NCBI GenBank assembly: GCA_045595075.1
Contig: JAZNZT010000028.1
Coordinates: 47,162-111,161, forward strand
Direction: 5' to 3'
Length of the DNA: 64,000 bases
Origin: Faecousia sp.
GTDB taxonomy: Bacteria; Bacillota; Clostridia; Oscillospirales; Oscillospiraceae
How positions within the stretch are numbered: position 1 is the first letter of the stretch; every line of letters begins with the position of its first letter. The translations under genes and the position numbers were made by a program. Shown in pieces: positions 1 through 11,697 of the stretch. Below the pieces are notes generated by a model, which made no database searches, was not told the DNA's origin, and saw only the letters and a list, made by a program, of their open reading frames with translations.

Positions 1-1
1 T

Positions 2-400
2 GCAGTGATAAAAAACGCCAGAAATCAGCTCATCAATTCACTTGGCAGAGAACCGACAGTTCATGAAATATCAAAGCAAACAGGATTTACGGCAGAAGAA
101 ATTGCGACAGCTGAAACAGCCACTGCGGCAGTGGAGTCCATGCAACAAGAGACCGGAGAGGATGGATTCACATTAGAAAATATTTTATCTGATACAGAGT
201 CGGAGGACAAGCTCCTTGAAAAGATCTCCCTACGGGAGGCAATCAAGAAATTATCGGAAAGGGAACAATTAGTGATCCATTTACGGTACTTTCATGGTTT
301 AACACAGGATAGAGTGTCGAAAGTGTTATCAGTAAGCCAGGTGCAAGTTTCAAGAATTGAAAAAAAGGCGTTATTAAAACTCAAGGAACTAATGTTTTGA
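2..400 (+). CDS. sigF: Sporulation sigma factor SigF, C-terminal part (5' end outside window)
   Basis: Region 3 LGREPT and region 4 LRYFHGLTQ..SQVQVSRIEKK; QVQVSR is typical of SigF rather than SigG (QAQVSR). Confidence 0.8.
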   Translation, partial: AVIKNARNQLINSLGREPTVHEISKQTGFTAEEIATAETATAAVESMQQETGEDGFTLENILSDTESEDKLLEKISLREAIKKLSEREQLVIHLRYFHGLTQDRVSKVLSVSQVQVSRIEKKALLKLKELMF

Positions 401-472
401 TATGTTTTTTTACTTTACCTTTGACGAAAAATGCGTTAAAATAGAAGCATCAATTTATGAATAGGTGCAAAT

Positions 473-2878
473 ATGACAGAAAAGCAGATTTCTCGATTTT
501 TAGAGGCAAGAAGACAGTATATTGCTTCCCAATTTTCAAGATTAAATCCAATGCAACAGGAGGCTGTTCTGACAACAGAAGGACCGCTTCTGCTTTTGGC
601 AGGCGCTGGTAGCGGAAAAACGACTGTTCTAATTAATCGCATTGCGAACCTGATTCGTTTTGGATCAGGAAGTGACAGCGAAGCTGTTCCCGATTACATT
701 ACAGAAGATGATGTTGTATTTTTGGAATCATTGCGTGAACCGCTCTCTGAAAACGAAAAACACAGAGCAGATTTTTTATGTTCATTGGAACCAGCCGCAC
801 CCTGGAGCATTATTGCGATCACCTTTACCAATAAAGCTGCGAATGAGCTGAAAGATCGCTTGAGTTCCATGCTGGGGGAGGAAGCCATGGACATATGGGC
901 CATGACCTTTCACTCTGCGTGCTGCCGTATTTTAAGACGGGAGATCGAACGACTGGGATATACTCGCAGCTTTACCATCTATGATACCGCTGACTCGGAA
1001 CGGCTGATGAAAGATATTATAAAAGACATGGGTTTGGATGACAAAACCATGCCTGCCAAATATATTCTTAGCGTTATCAGTCGTGAAAAGGACAAGCTTG
1101 TTACGCCCGACCAGATGATGGAACATGTAGAAACGACCAATGATTTCCGGCTTTATCATGTCGCTAAGGCATATAAAATCTATCAGAATAAATTAAAAGA
1201 AAACAATGCTCTGGATTTTGATGATATTATTTTCCAGACAGTTCGGTTGCTTCTGAAACATGAGGATGTGCGTAGGTACTACCAGAATAAATTTCGATAT
1301 GTTCTCGTAGACGAGTATCAGGATACAAATCATTTGCAATATTTGCTTACATCTCTGCTTGCAGCCGGTCATGAGAATATATGCGTTGTTGGCGATGATG
1401 ATCAGAGTATCTACCGTCTCCGTGGCGCAACCATTGAAAATATTCTTTCCTTTGAAAAGCAGTACCGCGGATCGAGAATTATCCGTTTGGAGCAAAATTA
1501 CAGATCGACACAATCTATTTTGAACGCTGCCAATTCTGTCATTGCTCACAATTTGGGAAGAAAAGGTAAGAAGCTTTGGACTGCAAATGAGACAGGTGAC
1601 CCGGTTATAATATATGAAGCTACTGATGAAAGCGCAGAAGCAAACTATGTTGCGGGGCAAATCATTTCTCAGTCAAAAGGTAAAAATTTTAAAGATTACG
1701 CGATTTTATACCGCACTAATGCCCAATCTAATGCGCTTGAATTTTCCTTAAAAAGAAATGGCATTCCGTATCGGGTTATCGGAGGTATGCGTTTTTTTGA
1801 TCGGGCAGAGATCAAGGATATGCTCTCTTACTTATGTGTGATCAACAACCGATCTGACGATCTACGGTTGAAACGTATTATCAATAATCCTGTAAGGGGA
1901 CTCGGACCAAAAACGATTGATACTGCTGAACGGCTGGCGCTGGCAGTAGGAAACGGATTGTATCATGTAATATCCGACCCTTATTCCTACGGTCCTCTTG
2001 AAAAATCAGCAGGAAAGCTCATACAGTTTACCGAACTGATTGAGGGATTGGCAAAACTTCTGGAGGACGGCATGTCATTGCCGGATTTCTATGAAGAAGT
2101 TATGTCGCGAACCGGATATATCGCCATGCTGGAGAACAAACCAACAGAAGAAAATAAAACACGGCTCGAAAACATTAAGGAGCTGAAATCCACGATTATC
2201 TCCTATGTCAGCAATGCGGAGGTGCCGTCTCTTGCAGGTTTTTTGGAGGAAATCGCGCTTTACACCGATATTGAACAGTACAGTGAAAATGATGATACTG
2301 TTGTTTTGATGACTATGCACTCGGCAAAAGGGCTGGAATTTTCCAATGTGTTCTTGGTTGGGTTTGAGGATGGACTTTTTCCCGGCATGCCCGCTATTGG
2401 CGATATGGAGGAGATGGAAGAGGAGAGACGTCTTTGCTATGTTGCTATCACCAGAGCGAAGCAAAATCTTACAATCACCTATGCCAAACAACGTATGCTG
2501 TACGGTAGAACGAATGCAGCTTTGCCATCCCGTTTTTTGCGTGAGATTCCGGAAGATATTACTGTTAAAAAGGGTGGATACTATACCAATAAAGTCCGGA
2601 GTGATTATCGGACGGCCGGTGCATATCAGACATCTGCTATTTACCGACCAGCTGCATCTTCCAAAACAGGCTTTACTGTTCCCGCAGTTACGGCAAAGAC
2701 AGCAGCATATATTGAACTTAATAAGGGCGATATGGTGCAACATACAGCATTTGGAAAAGGAATGGTTTTGTCTGTTGTAAAAATGGGCGGAGATGCGCTT
2801 CTGGAAATTGCTTTTGATGAGATAGGAACCAAAAAGCTTATGGCAAAGACTGCATCAGCGCATATGAAACGACTGTAA
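473..2878 (+). CDS. pcrA: ATP-dependent DNA helicase PcrA/UvrD
   Basis: AGAGSGKT, AITFTNKAA, VDEYQDTN, VGDDDQSIY, LEQNYRST, MTMHSAKGLEF, EERRLCYVAITRA; C-terminal Tudor-like H..FGKG. Confidence 0.97.
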   Translation: MTEKQISRFLEARRQYIASQFSRLNPMQQEAVLTTEGPLLLLAGAGSGKTTVLINRIANLIRFGSGSDSEAVPDYITEDDVVFLESLREPLSENEKHRADFLCSLEPAAPWSIIAITFTNKAANELKDRLSSMLGEEAMDIWAMTFHSACCRILRREIERLGYTRSFTIYDTADSERLMKDIIKDMGLDDKTMPAKYILSVISREKDKLVTPDQMMEHVETTNDFRLYHVAKAYKIYQNKLKENNALDFDDIIFQTVRLLLKHEDVRRYYQNKFRYVLVDEYQDTNHLQYLLTSLLAAGHENICVVGDDDQSIYRLRGATIENILSFEKQYRGSRIIRLEQNYRSTQSILNAANSVIAHNLGRKGKKLWTANETGDPVIIYEATDESAEANYVAGQIISQSKGKNFKDYAILYRTNAQSNALEFSLKRNGIPYRVIGGMRFFDRAEIKDMLSYLCVINNRSDDLRLKRIINNPVRGLGPKTIDTAERLALAVGNGLYHVISDPYSYGPLEKSAGKLIQFTELIEGLAKLLEDGMSLPDFYEEVMSRTGYIAMLENKPTEENKTRLENIKELKSTIISYVSNAEVPSLAGFLEEIALYTDIEQYSENDDTVVLMTMHSAKGLEFSNVFLVGFEDGLFPGMPAIGDMEEMEEERRLCYVAITRAKQNLTITYAKQRMLYGRTNAALPSRFLREIPEDITVKKGGYYTNKVRSDYRTAGAYQTSAIYRPAASSKTGFTVPAVTAKTAAYIELNKGDMVQHTAFGKGMVLSVVKMGGDALLEIAFDEIGTKKLMAKTASAHMKRL

Positions 2879-2921
2879 TATCTGTTTTATTTCAACATAA
2901 AATCCCCTGGGGGGGATTTAT

Positions 2922-5518
<2,597 letters not shown>

Positions 5519-5521
<3 letters not shown>

Positions 5522-5555
5522 AAAAACGGAAAGCTTTTAGCTTTCCGTTTTTTTA
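5519..5555. terminator. Bidirectional intrinsic terminator between ligA and convergent small gene
   Basis: TAAAAAAACGGAAAGCT-TTT-AGCTTTCCGTTTTTTTA, includes both stop codons. Confidence 0.9.
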
Positions 5556-5762
5556 CAGAGAAAAATCCTCTTCATTGTACTTTTTAAAATCCATAGCTTT
5601 TGCTTTTGGAGGGATACGCTTGCAAGGGTCATATGTGAATTTACGGCAGCTTTTGTCTGCAGGAACAATTCCCCGTTTAGAGCATAAAACAGAAGTGTCG
5701 TCAATTTTGGCGGCAAAGGAACAGTAGCTGCAGGATCGGGGAATTTTTTTACGAAACAGCAT
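5553..5762 (-). CDS. Small Cys-rich hypothetical protein (possible Zn/Fe-S binder)
   Basis: 69 aa, CxxC-x12-C-x11-C, GAGGT RBS, converges on ligA terminator. Confidence 0.8.
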   Translation of the reverse strand: MLFRKKIPRSCSYCSFAAKIDDTSVLCSKRGIVPADKSCRKFTYDPCKRIPPKAKAMDFKKYNEEDFSL

Positions 5763-5794
5763 AATATAACCTCGTTTGCATTTACTTTTTTATA

Positions 5795-6817
5795 TTATAC
5801 ACTGTTGATTGCAGGATTTCTACTATTATTTTTACGGTAGACGAGAGCTAATGATATTACAAATATGATTGATAACGCGATGCTGGGGATAATAGTTAAT
5901 TTGACGACTTCTTCGGATGGAAAGATCCATTGCTGTGCCACAAATGAAAGCATTGCGCTGATAACGCCCTGCAAAACTTTTCCTGGGAAATATAAACCGG
6001 TACCGAGTTCTTTTGTCACAGACTTCGTCTGCATATAAACACAGACTCCACCAAAACTCAGGATCAATGAAGCAAGAATAAATCTGACTCCCGCAGGGTT
6101 TATGTGATACATGGAAACGCAGCCATTCGATAATTCCAGGATTCCAATAATAAGTGACTGTATAGATGCGGGAACGATCCAAAGAAGCCATCGCGTCAGA
6201 AATGAGATGAAAACACGAAAGATAATGACCCATCCGCATATTGATACCATTATTTTTGTACTGCTCTCCAATGCGGATACAAAGGTCACCGGACTATAAT
6301 TAGTAAGACTGCATTTGTTTTTACTTTTTCCCGGTAGTATTATGCCTACAATTATGGCAGATACCATATGGATCAACCAGAGTATAAATACGATGCTTTT
6401 CTTATAGAACATTCCTGACATCATACCAAATATAAACGCAGGACCTGCGTTGCTGCAGAAGCCAAGCATTCTATGCGCGTCATATCGATTGATCATTTTA
6501 TTTTTATATGCCTGACAGATCGCCTGTGCGCCGACAGGGTATCCCCCTATTAATCCTAACAGTAGCAAGGATTCACTCCCTGCAGGGATGCCGCATAATT
6601 TGCCTAATGGACGGAATATAGCCATATTAAGTCCCGTGGCGGCGGAATTAATCATGCAGGACAAAATTAAAAATGGAAATAAGGAGGGAATCACAGTGTA
6701 AAGACATATTGTGACTCCTTCTTTTGCACCTTTAAGTGACGTTTGTGCATCCAGTATCAAAACCAGCATTGCGAATGCAGTCAAAATGCCTGTCCATATT
6801 CGACCTGTATTTTTCAT
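5795..6817 (-). CDS. ylbJ: Sporulation integral membrane protein YlbJ-like
   Basis: VIPSLFPF, GGYPVGA, FCSNAGPAFI, GILELSNG, SFGGVCVYMQ; start re-set to ATG 6817 behind GAGGTG. Confidence 0.85.
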   Translation of the reverse strand: MKNTGRIWTGILTAFAMLVLILDAQTSLKGAKEGVTICLYTVIPSLFPFLILSCMINSAATGLNMAIFRPLGKLCGIPAGSESLLLLGLIGGYPVGAQAICQAYKNKMINRYDAHRMLGFCSNAGPAFIFGMMSGMFYKKSIVFILWLIHMVSAIIVGIILPGKSKNKCSLTNYSPVTFVSALESSTKIMVSICGWVIIFRVFISFLTRWLLWIVPASIQSLIIGILELSNGCVSMYHINPAGVRFILASLILSFGGVCVYMQTKSVTKELGTGLYFPGKVLQGVISAMLSFVAQQWIFPSEEVVKLTIIPSIALSIIFVISLALVYRKNNSRNPAINSV

Positions 6818-6900
6818 ATGTCTCACCTCACAAGAATCTATGCTTGAAATGGAAAAAAATCCCACTGGAGTCATAGACTAGTGCAAAGGAGCTGGTGTAG

Positions 6901-7182
6901 GTGAAAGAGAAACGCGGGTTTATGGATCGGTTTTCAAGCATGTCTGATTTGCCACTTGAACCGTTGCCAAGAGTTCCGCTTGTGGAGTTGGCCGGAGAAA
7001 ACAGAATCCTGGTAGAGAATCATAAAGGTCTTGCTGAGTACGGGTGTAGTGAGATTCAGGTGAAAGTAAGCTATGGTATACTTTGTGTATGTGGTAGAAA
7101 GCTTCGTATTGTAAATATGACCCGTCAGCGAGTAGTTATTGCCGGATGTATTGATAATATTTCAATAATAAGGGGAAAGTAG
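6901..7182 (+). CDS. yqfC: YabP/YqfC family sporulation protein
   Basis: ILVENHKGLAEY motif, precedes yqfD. Confidence 0.88.
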   Translation: MKEKRGFMDRFSSMSDLPLEPLPRVPLVELAGENRILVENHKGLAEYGCSEIQVKVSYGILCVCGRKLRIVNMTRQRVVIAGCIDNISIIRGK

Positions 7183-7183
7183 A

Positions 7184-8380
7184 ATGAATTTATGGAAATC
7201 ATTTGCCGGCATGGTAAGGTTGAGAATTTCTACTGCATCCGTAGCAAATCTGATTACAAAGATCAACAATGCCGGAATCGATCTGATCGATGTAGTTTCT
7301 ACAGACGACTTAACAATAGAAGCAACTGTTTTACGAAAAGATATTTATTCCTTGAAAGAAATTGCAGAGAAAAACGGTGAAACAGTTAAAACAGTTAATA
7401 AGACCGGATTGTATTGGATCGGACAACATATTAAACAAAGAAAATTATTGATCTTGGTTATCGCGTTAATTATGTTACTTACTGTTTTTCTTCCAACGCG
7501 TATATTGTTTGTGCGAGTAGAGGGCAACGCACAGATCCCTTCCAATTATATAATTGAGGTTGCGGATTCCAGCGGCGTTACATTTGGTGCCTCCAGGCGT
7601 GAGGTGCGTAGCGAAAAAATTAAAAATATGCTTCTGGAAAAAATACCGGAATTGCAATGGACCGGAATCAATACATACGGATGCGTTGCAGTGATCTCTG
7701 TCAGAGAAAGATCAATCACAAATACAATCGATAAACCAGGCAATGTGTGCAATATTATTGCTTCACAGGACGGTATCATAGAACAGTGTACTGTATTGCG
7801 GGGGAGCAGTATGTGCAAGGTTGGTCAATCAGTCAATAAAGGACAAGTTTTAATTTCCGGATATATTGATTGTGGAAGATATATTAAAGCAGTAAAGGCT
7901 GAAGCTGAGGTCTATGCCCGCACATTACGAAAACTTAAAGCGATAACACCCACGGAACGGTGTGTTCGCGGCAACGTAACGGAAAGCAAGACATTATATT
8001 CTTTGTTATTTGGAAAAAAATTAATAAAATTATCGCAAGATAGTGGAATTTCACCATCCGGTTGTGTTAAAATGTATGAGACAAGGTATTTGACACTTCC
8101 CGGAGGTTTTCGTTTGCCGTTGGCATTGGTGATTGAACAACATCATAATTATGCAAGCCAAACAGAATGTACCGTGGAAACAGATTCCTGTCAATGGATG
8201 TATGATTTTTCTGAGAAGTATCTGTTGAATCATATGATCGCAGGAAAGATCATCTCGTCTGATTTGGATATAAATTCAGCAGACGGCTATCTCACGCTTC
8301 AGGGAAGATATATTTGTTCGGAATTGATTGGGCAGGTTAAAAGTGAGGAGATCATTCGCTACGATGGAAAAACTGACTGA
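7184..8380 (+). CDS. yqfD: Sporulation protein YqfD (SpoIV)
   Basis: TM segment, POTRA-like VEGN..., NIIASQDGII..VKVGQ..GQVLISG; yqfC-yqfD-phoH synteny. Confidence 0.88.
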   Translation: MNLWKSFAGMVRLRISTASVANLITKINNAGIDLIDVVSTDDLTIEATVLRKDIYSLKEIAEKNGETVKTVNKTGLYWIGQHIKQRKLLILVIALIMLLTVFLPTRILFVRVEGNAQIPSNYIIEVADSSGVTFGASRREVRSEKIKNMLLEKIPELQWTGINTYGCVAVISVRERSITNTIDKPGNVCNIIASQDGIIEQCTVLRGSSMCKVGQSVNKGQVLISGYIDCGRYIKAVKAEAEVYARTLRKLKAITPTERCVRGNVTESKTLYSLLFGKKLIKLSQDSGISPSGCVKMYETRYLTLPGGFRLPLALVIEQHHNYASQTECTVETDSCQWMYDFSEKYLLNHMIAGKIISSDLDINSADGYLTLQGRYICSELIGQVKSEEIIRYDGKTD

Positions 8381-9380
8381 AAGAATTGTTAATTCGGATA
8401 GGGTAGAAGATCTGATTGCTGTTTTTGGATCTTTTGATGAAAACATCAAAAGAATTGAAGACGCATTATCGGTATCGATTGTTAACAGAGGGACTGAGCT
8501 GAAGGTTTCCGGAGATGAAGAATCTGTTGATATGGCGGTGCAAACCCTCGAGGGGCTTTTGTCCCTTGCGGCAAAGGGAGAACAGATTGACGAGCAACGT
8601 GTTCGTTATTTGATAACACTTGTCCGGGAGGGGAACAGTGAACAGATCAGCCAGATTGCAAAGGATGTTGTTTGCATAACTGCAAAGGGAAAGCCAATCA
8701 AGGCAAAGACAGTTGGGCAGCAAAAATACATGAAGGCGATTAAAAAGAATACGATTACTCTTGGAGTTGGACCAGCCGGTACAGGAAAGACCTATCTTGC
8801 CGTTGCGGCAGCAGTCGATGCATTTCGGGAACGTACTGTCAACAGAATTATATTAACCAGACCTGCAGTCGAGGCGGGCGAACGGCTGGGTTTTTTACCT
8901 GGCGATCTTCAGAATAAGGTAGATCCTTATTTGCGTCCGCTATACGATGCCCTATACGACATGCTGGGGCCTGATACTTTCCAGAAGTATCAGGAACGGG
9001 GATCCATTGAAGTAGCGCCTCTTGCCTATATGCGTGGCAGAACCTTGGATGACAGCTTTATCATTCTTGATGAAGCACAAAACACCACCCGGGAACAGAT
9101 GAAAATGTTTCTAACCCGGTTGGGATTCGGTTCAAAAGTAGTAATCACCGGCGATGTTACCCAAATCGATCTACCTTCGGATAAGATCTCCGGGCTGAAG
9201 GACGCTATCCGGGTCCTGGAGGATGTGAAGGATATTGCAATATGTAAACTTACTTCGGCGGATGTAGTGCGACACGCACTGGTCCAGGAAATCATCAATG
9301 CATACGAAAAGGCTGATAAAAAGCCTGATTTTCAAAAACCAAATAAGCAATTACACGGAAAATATCAGAGGAAGAAATAA
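8364..9380 (+). CDS. phoH: PhoH family ATPase
   Basis: GPAGTGKTYLA, TRPAVEAGERLGFLPGD, YMRGRTL, LDEAQN; start ATG 8364. Confidence 0.96.
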   Translation: MEKLTERIVNSDRVEDLIAVFGSFDENIKRIEDALSVSIVNRGTELKVSGDEESVDMAVQTLEGLLSLAAKGEQIDEQRVRYLITLVREGNSEQISQIAKDVVCITAKGKPIKAKTVGQQKYMKAIKKNTITLGVGPAGTGKTYLAVAAAVDAFRERTVNRIILTRPAVEAGERLGFLPGDLQNKVDPYLRPLYDALYDMLGPDTFQKYQERGSIEVAPLAYMRGRTLDDSFIILDEAQNTTREQMKMFLTRLGFGSKVVITGDVTQIDLPSDKISGLKDAIRVLEDVKDIAICKLTSADVVRHALVQEIINAYEKADKKPDFQKPNKQLHGKYQRKK

Positions 9381-9381
9381 T

Positions 9382-9885
9382 ATGGACAAACATAAAATCA
9401 ACATTACCTTTGATTGCTTTACGCTGCGTCAGTATCAGATCACATCCATTATCAAACAATGTGTCGAAGCGGTGCTAGATACAGAAAACATCATTATTCC
9501 TTGTGAGATCAATGTTTTGATAACCAATGACAATGGAATTCGTGCAATCAACAAAGCCAGTCGGGATATCGATAATGCAACGGATGTTCTGAGCTTTCCT
9601 ATGTTTCAGCTTTCTCCCGGTAATCCGGTTGAGGACTGGGACGCGTATATGGATCCTGAGACGGAAATGTGCCCTTTGGGGGATATGGCCCTTTCTTTGG
9701 AAAGAGCAGTTTCCCAGGCAAAAGAATTTGGTCATAGCGTCCGGCGTGAGGTGGGTTATTTGACCATTCATTCTATGCTTCATTTACTGGGCTACGATCA
9801 TTTGGACGAAGGACCGCAAAAAGCGCAGATGCGCCAACGGGAGGAATATATTGCCTCTTCAATCCGAGGTATGAAAAGAGATTAA
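9382..9885 (+). CDS. ybeY: rRNA maturation endoribonuclease YbeY
   Basis: ATDVLSFP, HSMLHLLGYDH; start ATG 9382. Confidence 0.96.
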   Translation: MDKHKINITFDCFTLRQYQITSIIKQCVEAVLDTENIIIPCEINVLITNDNGIRAINKASRDIDNATDVLSFPMFQLSPGNPVEDWDAYMDPETEMCPLGDMALSLERAVSQAKEFGHSVRREVGYLTIHSMLHLLGYDHLDEGPQKAQMRQREEYIASSIRGMKRD

Positions 9886-9895
9886 GGAGATCCAT

Positions 9896-10783
9896 ATGAA
9901 AACAAAAACTGCCATGATCACCATTGCGGGAAGGCCCAATGTTGGAAAATCTACCTTGACAAACTTTCTTGTAGGAGAGAAGATCGCCATTGTCTCCAAC
10001 AAACCGCAGACGACCCGTAACCGTATCTGCGGTATTCTGACAAAGGAAGATACCCAGTTTGTTTTTGTGGACACCCCGGGATTCCACAAGCCCAGAACAA
10101 AGCTCGGGGATTATATGGTTAACGTCACAAACCAATCCATCGCAGATGTGGATCTTACGGTTTTGGTCATTGAACCAATTCCTTCCGTCGGAGCGCAAGA
10201 ACAGGCGCAGATTGAACAACTTCAGGCGAAGAAGTGCCCTGTTGTTCTTGCAATCAACAAAATTGATACTGTGGAGAAAGACAATCTTCTCTCAGTGATA
10301 GATGTATATTCTAAAGCTGCATCCTTCGCTGCCATTATTCCTATCAGCGCCAAAACCGGCGATGGAGTGGATGTTCTTCTTGAAGAATGTAAAAAATTTG
10401 CGGTAGAAAGCCCTTTTTTGTTCTCAGAGGATGCTACCACTGACCAGCCGGAACGACAGGTCATGGCGGAAATCATCCGAGAAAAAATTCTGTGGTGCCT
10501 TGATCGGGAAATTCCTCATGGAACGGCAGTGGAGATCACAAAATTTAGCGAACGAGACAATGGCATTATCGACCTTGATGCCACTATTTATTGCGAAAAG
10601 GCCAGTCATAAAGGAATTATTATTGGCAAGCATGGTGACATGCTGAAAAAAATCTCTTCCATGGCCCGATATGACTGTGAAAAATTTATGGGCACACGTG
10701 TTTATTTGACAACTTGGGTAAAAATTAAAGAAAATTGGCGCGACAGCGATTTTCTTGTTCGCAACTTTGGTTATAGAGAATAA
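9896..10783 (+). CDS. era: GTPase Era
   Basis: GRPNVGKST, KPQTTR, DTPG, NKID, KH domain IIIGKHG. Confidence 0.98.
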   Translation: MKTKTAMITIAGRPNVGKSTLTNFLVGEKIAIVSNKPQTTRNRICGILTKEDTQFVFVDTPGFHKPRTKLGDYMVNVTNQSIADVDLTVLVIEPIPSVGAQEQAQIEQLQAKKCPVVLAINKIDTVEKDNLLSVIDVYSKAASFAAIIPISAKTGDGVDVLLEECKKFAVESPFLFSEDATTDQPERQVMAEIIREKILWCLDREIPHGTAVEITKFSERDNGIIDLDATIYCEKASHKGIIIGKHGDMLKKISSMARYDCEKFMGTRVYLTTWVKIKENWRDSDFLVRNFGYRE

Positions 10784-10837
10784 TTACCATGGTTATCCCA
10801 GACACTGAATGCAAATCCTAACTGCGGAGGGATGAAA

Positions 10838-10981
10838 ATGAACGCACAGGATTTGTGGCAGGTTTTTCTGGAAACCGGTGCACCGGAAATGTATCTGTTA
10901 TATAACAAAGCAAGAAAGGCAGAAACAACATATGTACTTGACGGTTCGGGGGTTGGTGCTGAGAGTAACGACCTACAATGA
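10838..10981 (+). CDS. yqzL: YqzL family small protein (47 aa; below ORF-track cutoff)
   Basis: MNAQDLWQVFLETGAPEMYLLYNKARK..., GGAGG RBS at 10826-10830, era-yqzL-recO synteny. Confidence 0.85.
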   Translation: MNAQDLWQVFLETGAPEMYLLYNKARKAETTYVLDGSGVGAESNDLQ

Positions 10982-11675
10982 TACAGATGCTCTACTAACG
11001 CTTCTGACCGATAATTATGGAAAACTGACTGTGAAAGCCAGGGGGCTCAGGAGGAAGAACAGTCCGTTGATTGCCCCGTGTCAGTTACTTGCTTTTGGGG
11101 AATTTACGCTGTTTGAATACAGGGGCATGTATACCATAAATGAAGCCCGGTCGGTGGAATTATTTCAGGGATTGCGTAAGGATCTACAAAAACTTTCCCT
11201 GGGTACATATTTTGCACAGGTTACAGAGGTCGTTTGCCAGGAGGATATTCCAAACCCGGAATTGCAGTCTCTGGTGTTAAACTGTTTACATGCCCTTTGT
11301 AAATTAAATCTTTCAGAGAAGCATATTAAGGCCGTATTTGAAATGCGGGTTGCCTGCCTTGCCGGATATACGCCGGATCTTTCCGGATGTTATAAATGCG
11401 GAAACCAACAGGCGGACAGACTGGATATTTCCGAGGGTACTTTGGAATGCGCTATGTGCCGAAGTCACAACGACACAGGCATACATATGCCTGTTTCTGC
11501 AGGAGCATTGGAATGTATGCGGTATATCTGCGCCTGCGATCCCCAAAAAATTCTTTCTTTCCGGGCAGGGGAAGATACCATTGAAAATCTTTCTCAAATT
11601 GCAGAAAGTTATTTGACAGCGCAGCTGGAAAGAGGGTTTTCTACATTGGATTTTTATAAGTCATTGACCTATTAG
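10932..11675 (+). CDS. recO: DNA repair protein RecO
   Basis: GLVLR..YNDTDALLTLLT..YGKL..ARG OB fold; CxxC...CxxC; start ATG 10932. Confidence 0.95.
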   Translation: MYLTVRGLVLRVTTYNDTDALLTLLTDNYGKLTVKARGLRRKNSPLIAPCQLLAFGEFTLFEYRGMYTINEARSVELFQGLRKDLQKLSLGTYFAQVTEVVCQEDIPNPELQSLVLNCLHALCKLNLSEKHIKAVFEMRVACLAGYTPDLSGCYKCGNQQADRLDISEGTLECAMCRSHNDTGIHMPVSAGALECMRYICACDPQKILSFRAGEDTIENLSQIAESYLTAQLERGFSTLDFYKSLTY

Positions 11676-11697
11676 AGTGTCACTACAGGAGAATATA

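Noticed and set aside
422-428. Spo0A-box-like TGACGAA in the pcrA promoter region
   Set aside because: A single 7-mer is expected by chance; no supporting second box
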